From positions 258,373 through 322,372 of the forward strand of contig JBEPZY010000004.1 of NCBI GenBank assembly GCA_041640595.1: a DNA stretch of 64,000 nucleotides. Reading direction: 5' to 3'. The notes under the pieces are model-generated. The model saw nothing but the letters and a program-made list of their open reading frames with translations. It searched no databases and was not told the origin of the DNA. Positions 57,617-64,000 of this stretch are shown here, in pieces. Positions within the stretch are counted from its first letter, which is position 1. Each line of letters begins with the position of its first letter. Source of the stretch: Gemmatales bacterium (GTDB lineage: Bacteria > Planctomycetota > Planctomycetia > Gemmatales > HRBIN36). Made by a program: the position numbers and the translations under genes.

Positions 57617-58416
57617 CAGAGCCGCCAGCGTGAGCCAGCCGTGCAACAGCGAGCATCATCGCAAATCGCAAACGCATGTCCGTAACGATCCTCGTGCATG
57701 CAACCAGGAGCGGAAGGGCGTAAGCCAGCCGTGGCACACTGAGTCCGTTGCGAATGCGTTACACTGCCACTTGCGAACGTGCGTTTCTGCATCGAAAAAT
57801 CGTTTTCTCGCCGGCAAACGGTCGCACTGCACCAAGAGCGGGGGGCGTAAGCCCCCCGTGGCGCCTATAAACGCAATTGCAACGGCCATCCACGCACACG
57901 CATACACACCGTCGGCGATCTGCCGACGAACGACGCTCCTGTCCGCCGACACGCATTTGCCCGCCCACGGCGGGCTGACGCCCGCCGCTCTTGCGAAGGT
58001 GCGTTTGTGCAGTGCGAATGTCGTTTTTCGCAGCGAACGAACGTCGTGCAACCAGGAGCGGGGGGCGTAAGCCCCCCGTGGCATGCACTCCGCACGCGAG
58101 ATCCAAACGCCGATGTTCGTCGCACTGCACTTGCAGATGCGGTTCCGAAAACCACGGCGGGCTCACGCCCGCCGCTCTTGTGAACGTGCGTTTGTGCACC
58201 GCAAAAATCGTTTTTTTCGCCGTTAGACATGCGCATTGCAACACAGGGGCGGGGGCGTAAGCCCCCCGTGGGAAACAAACCCCGGCGCAAGTGCGTTACA
58301 TTACCACCGCGGGCTGACGCTCGGCGCTCTTGGTGGCGTTCATTTTCCGGTGAAAGTCGCAGTTCCACCGTAATCGCGTTTCGCTTACCACGGCGGGCTG
58401 ACGCTCGGCGCTCTTG
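57617..58416. repeat. REP-like palindrome cluster G (about 9 copies)
   Basis: REPs at about 57617, 57705, 57833, 57965, 58053, 58152, 58244, 58304 and 58388. Confidence 0.9.
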
Positions 58417-58699
58417 TAAATGTGCGTTTGTGCAGCGCGAATGTCGTTTTTTGCACGGAAAGCCGGTGCGCACTGCGGGTAGCGTTCTTCTCCTGCGAAC
58501 CCAGGCTGTGCACCGGGGGTGGTCTTTTTCTCCAGCGAACTGAGGTTGTGCACTAACAGCGACCGGAGAAGGATTGCCGGTGTTGGTAAGTGTAGCTAAA
58601 ATTCAAGCAAGGGAGCTGTCTCTGTAGTCACTTCGCTCGGGTTTGCTGGTCTCTCGGACTCAGGGTGAAACTGGAACTTATGGTAAGCGAGCCGTCTCG

Positions 58700-59263
58700 A
58701 TGCCCACCACGCCATATACCCTGTTACAACGGGCCTGCCTGTTAGACCCGGCGGCATGGGACCGCTTGTGCGCCTTGTATGGGCCTATCGTTTACGGCTG
58801 GTGTCGGCAGCGAGGCTTGCAGGAAAGCGACGCTGCTGACGTTGTTCAGGAGGTCTTCCGTTCCGTCTTCCTGAACCTGAGCCAGTTCGTGCGGCAGGGC
58901 GGTGTCTTTCATGCCTGGCTGTGGACAATCACCGCGAACCAGATTCGGCTGCACTTTCGCCGCGCCAGGCACCAGCCGACCGTAGCGCTAGGCAGTCAGG
59001 ACCAAGAACTGGCCGACCCGCAGCTGATGGGCGACAGCGAACCGGAACCCGAAACGACACGGCAGCGGGTCGTTCACCGTGTTCTGGAGCTGGTGCGCGG
59101 TGATTTCCAAGATCAAACCTGGCAATGTTTTGTCCGTACCGCACTGCGAGGGGAATCCTGTACCGAGGTAGCGGCAGCACTGGGCATGACCGCCAACGCG
59201 GTTCGGCAGGCTCGTTTCCGCGTACTGCGGCGGTTACGGGAAGAACTCGATCAGTTGCTGTGA
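58700..59263 (+). CDS. ECF sigma-70 family RNA polymerase sigma factor
   Basis: AWDRLCALYGP, DAADVVQEVF, FHAWLWTIT; region 4 EVAAALGMTANAVRQARFRVLRRLREE. Confidence 0.92.
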   Translation: MPTTPYTLLQRACLLDPAAWDRLCALYGPIVYGWCRQRGLQESDAADVVQEVFRSVFLNLSQFVRQGGVFHAWLWTITANQIRLHFRRARHQPTVALGSQDQELADPQLMGDSEPEPETTRQRVVHRVLELVRGDFQDQTWQCFVRTALRGESCTEVAAALGMTANAVRQARFRVLRRLREELDQLL

Positions 59264-59358
59264 GCGTTCCCGATCGTTTTTGCGTAACGCCCGCGCATCT
59301 TGCCTTATAGAAGGTCGTTTACCGACAAAGGCCATTTACGAACAACAAGGAGCCGGTC

Positions 59359-62300
59359 ATGCCCGAGCCACGTATGCCCGATGAGGCGCAGCTTGACCGC
59401 CAGCTGGCTGAGCTGGACGAAAACCCTGGCGCCCCTGTGGATTCCACAATCCGCCAGCTTCACACGGAGCTGGAAAGGCTCGCCAAAAGTCTGCAAGAAC
59501 CGGTGTCTCCTGACCCGCACGAGAAGGAATCGGGTTGTCGGCGCGCTGTTGAGCAGGCCCAGGCTCTGGCCTTCGAAATGACCACGCTGAACCCAGTGGC
59601 GGCTTGTCCACCTGCGGCGGACGTTCCGCTTCCGGAACGCCTCGAGCATTTTCGCATCCTCAGCATGCTGGGCCAGGGAGGCATGGGGGCGGTTTATCTG
59701 GCCGAGGACACACGGCTGGGCCGGCACGTGGCGCTCAAGACACTGCGTCGTGAACTCGCTGCCAAACCCCAGGCCAAGGAGCGATTTCTGCGTGAAGCCC
59801 GCCTGGCCGCCGCTGTGGAAAACGACCACATCGTTCCTATCTACCACGTTGGAGAAGATGCCGGGACTCCGTACTTGGCCATGCCCGTGCTGCAGGGACA
59901 AAGTCTGGAGGATTTGCTCCGGCAGCGCAGGGTACTGGCAGTACCCGAGGTGCTGTTCTTGGGTATTCAAATTGCTGAAGGGTTAGCTGCCGCTCACGAG
60001 CGTGGCCTGATCCACCGCGATATCAAGCCAAGCAATATCTGGGTCGAGCCGATCGGTGGCGGGCGTGTGAAAATTCTCGATTTCGGGCTGGCCCGTTCCA
60101 GCCAAACCGACACCTGCTTGACGCAAGCGGGCGCGATCGTGGGCACCCCCTCGTACATGGCCCCGGAGCAGGCTCGAGGGGACAAGCTCGATGCCCGCGC
60201 CGACCTGTACAGCCTGGGGGTCGTCCTCTACCGCCTGGCGACCGGCGAATTGCCCCTCAAGGGTGTCGATACCATGAGCATGCTCCTGGCCCTGGCCATC
60301 AACGAGCCGACGCCCGCTCACGTGGTCAACCCCGAGGTGCCGGCCGAATTGTCGGTTCTCATCATGCGGCTCTTGGCCAAGGAGCCGAGCGAACGCCCCG
60401 CCTCCGCACAAGACGTGATGCGGCAACTGCAAGCGCTGCAAAAAGCGCCCGCCGAAACCAACCATCAAACGCAACCGCTCCCTCACCGTCGCGGCCCGGA
60501 AAAAACAACTGCCGCTCGCGGCTCCGAAAAGGCAACTCCCGCTCGCGGCTCGGGTCCGCGCAGCCGCTGGCCTCTTGTCGCCGCCGGGTTGCTCTTCGCC
60601 TTCTTCGGCGGCGGACTGCTGCTCCAGCAAATCATTCTCCGCATCACCGACAAGGAGGGCAAGACCCGCGAGATTGAACTGAAGCCGGGCGACCGGATCG
60701 AGATCGTGGAGAAATCCGCTCCAAAACCTGATCCCACCACGACGCCGCGGAAGAAAGAACCGGAAATCAAGATCACCGCCGGCGACCCCGACCGCCGCGC
60801 CGCCGAGTATGTGCTGTCGATCGGGGGGCACGTGCAGATCAACGACAAGGACCAGTGGCTCATCGCCGCCCCTTTGCCGAAAGAGCCGTTCCGCCTCACG
60901 GCGGTGACCCTGAACGTCAATCCCAAGGTGACGGACGCCGGGTTGGCTCATTTCATGGACTGCAAGTACCTGACGCACCTCCACCTGGACTTCACCCAAG
61001 TGACGGACGTCGGCCTGGCCTACTTCAAGGGCTGCAAGAACCTGACGCATCTCTACCTGGGCAACACGCAAGTGACGGACGCCGGTCTGGCCTACTTCAA
61101 GGAATGCAAAAACGTGACGCATCTCAGCTTGCGCGAGACCAAGATCACAGACGCGGGGCTAGTCCCCTTCCAGGACTGCAAAGACCTGACATACCTAGAC
61201 CTGACCGGCACACGGGTGACGGACGCGGGGCTGGCCCACTTCAAGAAGTGCAAAGGCCTAACGCATCTCTACTTGGGCAACACGCGTGTGACGGACGCCG
61301 GTCTGGCCTACTTCAAGGAATGCAAGAACCTGGCGGGCCTCACACTGCATGGAACGTTGGTGACGGATGCGGGTCTGGCCCACTTTCAGGAGTGCAAAGG
61401 CCTGACGCATCTCGACTTGGGCAACACGCGTGTGACGGATGCCGGTCTGGCCTACTTCAAGGAATGCAAGAACCTGGCGGGCCTCACACTGCATGGAACG
61501 CTGGTGACGGATGCGGGTCTGGCCCACTTTCAGGAGTGCAAAGGCCTGACGTACCTCACCCTGGGGGGCACGCACGTGACGGATGTGGGTCTGGCGCACT
61601 TCCACGGCTGCAAGAACCTGACGTATCTCAGCCTGTACTCCACGCGGGTGACGGACGCCGGGCTGGCCCACTTCAAGGACTGCAAGGGCCTGACGCAACT
61701 CTACCTGGAGGGCACGCAGCTTACGGACGAGTCCCTTTCATGGATCGGTGGCCAACTGAGACTGAACCGCTTGGCCATCTCCGGCACCCGGATTTCGCTC
61801 TTAGGCTACGAACACCTCAAGGCCGCCTTGCCGAAGTGCAACATCACCTGGTCCGAGCCGAACCGCAGCGTCGCCGAGAGCGTGCTGGCCCTGGGCGGGA
61901 CGGTGGAGATCGGTTTCAAGGGCCAGCCGGCACGCCCGGTCAAGAGCGCGGAGGAACTGCCCAGGGAGCTCTTTCAGGTCCGTCGGGTGTCGCTGACCGG
62001 CGTCACCAAGCCGCTCGACAATCTGCCCGATTTGCTTTCACAACTGAGATTCAACGAGTTCGACCGGTTGGAAAAACTGGACCTGACCGGTATCAAAGGG
62101 CTGAATTACGCATTCCTGGCTCCCTTCGCCGGCCTGGAAGAACTGTCGCTGGCCAACGCGGGCCTGAACGACGCCTCGCTGGGCCAACTGCCGAAACTGC
62201 CCGCGCTCAAACGGCTGGTGCTCGACGGCAACGACATTCGCGGCACCGGTCTGACGGCCCTCAGCACCCAGCCGGCACTCGTCGATCTGTCGCTGGGCTG

Positions 62301-62523
62301 CCCGACCCTGACCGATCTCTATGCGAAAAACCTGGCCGAGCTGAAGCAGCTCAAGCGGCTGTCGCTGGCCGGCAGCAGCATCAGCGACGCTGCCATCCAG
62401 CACCTCGAAGGCCTGACCAATCTCGAAATGCTCGACCTGAGCCGGACGAAAATCACTCAGGCCGGCGTCGAACGATTGCGAAAAGCGCTACCCGCATGCA
62501 CGATCCAGTGGGCCGCAAACTGA
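59359..62523 (+). CDS. Receptor-like Ser/Thr kinase: kinase, TM helix, leucine-rich repeats
   Basis: AAGGAG RBS; GQGGMGAVY, VALK, HRDIKPSN, DFG, GTPSYMAPE; TM WPLVAAGLLFAFFGGGLLL; more than 15 24-aa LRRs. Confidence 0.94.
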   Translation: MPEPRMPDEAQLDRQLAELDENPGAPVDSTIRQLHTELERLAKSLQEPVSPDPHEKESGCRRAVEQAQALAFEMTTLNPVAACPPAADVPLPERLEHFRILSMLGQGGMGAVYLAEDTRLGRHVALKTLRRELAAKPQAKERFLREARLAAAVENDHIVPIYHVGEDAGTPYLAMPVLQGQSLEDLLRQRRVLAVPEVLFLGIQIAEGLAAAHERGLIHRDIKPSNIWVEPIGGGRVKILDFGLARSSQTDTCLTQAGAIVGTPSYMAPEQARGDKLDARADLYSLGVVLYRLATGELPLKGVDTMSMLLALAINEPTPAHVVNPEVPAELSVLIMRLLAKEPSERPASAQDVMRQLQALQKAPAETNHQTQPLPHRRGPEKTTAARGSEKATPARGSGPRSRWPLVAAGLLFAFFGGGLLLQQIILRITDKEGKTREIELKPGDRIEIVEKSAPKPDPTTTPRKKEPEIKITAGDPDRRAAEYVLSIGGHVQINDKDQWLIAAPLPKEPFRLTAVTLNVNPKVTDAGLAHFMDCKYLTHLHLDFTQVTDVGLAYFKGCKNLTHLYLGNTQVTDAGLAYFKECKNVTHLSLRETKITDAGLVPFQDCKDLTYLDLTGTRVTDAGLAHFKKCKGLTHLYLGNTRVTDAGLAYFKECKNLAGLTLHGTLVTDAGLAHFQECKGLTHLDLGNTRVTDAGLAYFKECKNLAGLTLHGTLVTDAGLAHFQECKGLTYLTLGGTHVTDVGLAHFHGCKNLTYLSLYSTRVTDAGLAHFKDCKGLTQLYLEGTQLTDESLSWIGGQLRLNRLAISGTRISLLGYEHLKAALPKCNITWSEPNRSVAESVLALGGTVEIGFKGQPARPVKSAEELPRELFQVRRVSLTGVTKPLDNLPDLLSQLRFNEFDRLEKLDLTGIKGLNYAFLAPFAGLEELSLANAGLNDASLGQLPKLPALKRLVLDGNDIRGTGLTALSTQPALVDLSLGCPTLTDLYAKNLAELKQLKRLSLAGSSISDAAIQHLEGLTNLEMLDLSRTKITQAGVERLRKALPACTIQWAAN
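60900..61740. repeat. 72-bp coding LRR tandem array with a near-identical 144-bp duplication
   Basis: GTGACGGAYGCSGG recurs every 72 bp; 61261-61404 nearly equals 61405-61548. Confidence 0.9.
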
Positions 62524-62592
62524 TGGTGTCTCCGTAGGGCAACTGGCCGCCCTCCCCAACGAGAAAATCGGCGTTTCGCTACCGCCTGCGCG

Positions 62593-63284
62593 TTCCCAGC
62601 AACCACGGCAGACTGACGCCGCAGTAGTGGCAGCCCCCGCCTGGCGGTTCCTCATGTCTTCTCGGCACCACGGCAGACTGACGCCCTCCACCGCTTCGAC
62701 TGTCGCTGTGCCCCGGACACTATTCGATTAATTCGCCGTCAACCAGTCAGATCACCGACCACGGCGGGCTGACGCCCGCCGCTCTCGGTCGCGTTCCCGG
62801 TAAAAGTCGCAGTTCCAGCGTAATCGCGTTTCGCAAACCACGGCGGGCTGACGCCCGCCGCTCTTGCGAACGTGCGTTTGTTCATCGCAAAAATCGTCAT
62901 TCTTCCAGCGGACGCTCGTTGTACCGGCGCCGAGGAGCGGGGGGCGTAAGCCCCCCGTGGAACACACTCCGCATACAAGCACGAAACGCCAAAATTCATT
63001 GGATTGCACTTGCAGATGCGGTTCCGAAAACCACGGCGGGCCGACGCCCGCCGCTCTTGAAAACGTGCGTTTGTGCAGCGCGAATGTCGCTTTTCACTCC
63101 GAACAAACGTCGTGCAACCAGGAGCGGCTGGCGTAAGCCAGCCGTGGTACGCTGACCCCGTTGCGAATGGGTTAGACCGCCACCTTCCACCTCCGGCGCG
63201 GCTTTGGCTTCGGCCATCCGTGTCGCGGTGACTCTGTTGCGAATCCGTTACACCGCCACCGCTGGCTGACGCCCGCCGCTCTTG
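62593..63284. repeat. REP-like palindrome cluster H (6 copies plus two half copies)
   Basis: Half REPs at 62603 and 62668; full REPs at 62759, 62837, 62932, 63031, 63119 and 63256. Confidence 0.9.
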
Positions 63285-63374
63285 TGAACGTGCGTTTGTG
63301 CAGCGCGAATGTCGTCTTTTTGGCATTGAAAGCCGATGGCAAGCGCGAAGGACGGTTTCTTCCACCGAACCAGT

Positions 63375-64000
63375 TTACAAAGCGACGAAGCGGCGTTCGG
63401 CAGCGGAACGGTAGATGGCCAGGATGATTTCGACGGCCACACGACCTTCCTGGCCATCCACGAGCGGTCGCGTGCCGGTTTCGATTGCCCGCAGGAAATC
63501 CGCCAGTTGTCGGCGGTGATACTCATGCGAAATCGCGGCCGGGTGCGAAGCCCCGCCGGAAGCCCCCACCTTCTGGGCAAAGCGGGCGCGAATCTGCTCG
63601 TCTTCGGGTCGCGGCTCGGCAAACTCCCAGCGGAGCACATCCTCCTGTTCCACGACCACGCTGCCCCGATCGCCGTGAATGGCGATGGTTTTCGGCAAGC
63701 CGGGCCAGATGCTCGTCGCCGCTTGTATGACGCCCAAAGCACCGTTGGCGAAACGCAAGACCGCCACGGCAGTATCTTCGACCTCGATACGCTGATGGGC
63801 CAGCGTGGCCGTGATCGCCGCCACCTCCACCGGCCGACCCATCATCCAGTACAGCAAATCCACGTTGTGGATAGCCTGGTTCATGAGTGCTCCGCCGCCG
63901 TCCAGCGCTTTGGTGCCTTTCCAGCCGCCCTGATCGTAATACTCCTGCGAACGCCACCATTTGCAGGTGGTTTCGCCCAGGGTCAGCCGACCGAACCGCC
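63375..64000 (-). CDS. Gfo/Idh/MocA family oxidoreductase (5'-truncated by the window edge)
   Basis: WWRSQEYY..GWKGTKALDGGGALMNQAIHNVDLL, EVEDTA, DGQEGRVAVEIILAIY. Confidence 0.9.
   Translation of the reverse strand, partial: RFGRLTLGETTCKWWRSQEYYDQGGWKGTKALDGGGALMNQAIHNVDLLYWMMGRPVEVAAITATLAHQRIEVEDTAVAVLRFANGALGVIQAATSIWPGLPKTIAIHGDRGSVVVEQEDVLRWEFAEPRPEDEQIRARFAQKVGASGGASHPAAISHEYHRRQLADFLRAIETGTRPLVDGQEGRVAVEIILAIYRSAAERRFVAL

Noticed and set aside
57617..58416. REP clusters as CRISPR arrays
   Set aside because: Repeats occur in both orientations, spacing is irregular (about 60-130 bp) and linkers recur between clusters; no cas genes.
57656..58553. ORFs with recurring peptides such as RAAGVSPPW, HGGLTPAAL, QERRASARR (also at 38-339, 34167-34601, 41295-41836, 53442-54209, 62739-63365)
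   Set aside because: These are translations of the GC-rich REP palindromes in several frames, with no RBS or protein-like composition.
60900..61740. Diversity-generating retroelement acting on the LRR region
   Set aside because: No reverse transcriptase and no template/variable repeat pair with adenine-specific differences.

Overview
64 kb of core chromosome from a planctomycete. The taxon is inferred from two DUF1501 genes, DUF1549/DUF1553, DUF1559 and an ECF sigma-Ser/Thr kinase pair. Housekeeping genes: two divergent EF-G paralogs, miaA, treZ, nth, accD, icd, hisA, hisH, pilD, nadB, trpS and tRNA-Cys(GCA). I recognise no transposase, integrase, phage or cas gene. Three things stand out. 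(1) Many intergenic regions hold tiny repeat-spacer-repeat units: a local 28-38 nt sequence, different at each locus and sometimes part of a gene end, RBS or tRNA 5' end, is duplicated around a ~35-40 nt insert. Periods fall into two classes, about 66 and about 74 bp, and one pair is nested (141 = 66 + 75). This is CRISPR geometry without a shared repeat, and I infer many ectopic spacer-integration scars. (2) A selenoprotein is missed by the ORF track (51414-52619, minus strand): thioredoxin-like CxxUxxC with in-frame TGA and a SECIS-like hairpin, then a CxxCH motif and PDZ domains, upstream of a DUF1549/1553-DUF1501 cluster. (3) Eight clusters hold about 40-45 29-bp REP palindromes in three co-varying stem variants, with a variant/orientation rule and linker modules shared between clusters. 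All calls were made by eye; no database searches were run.
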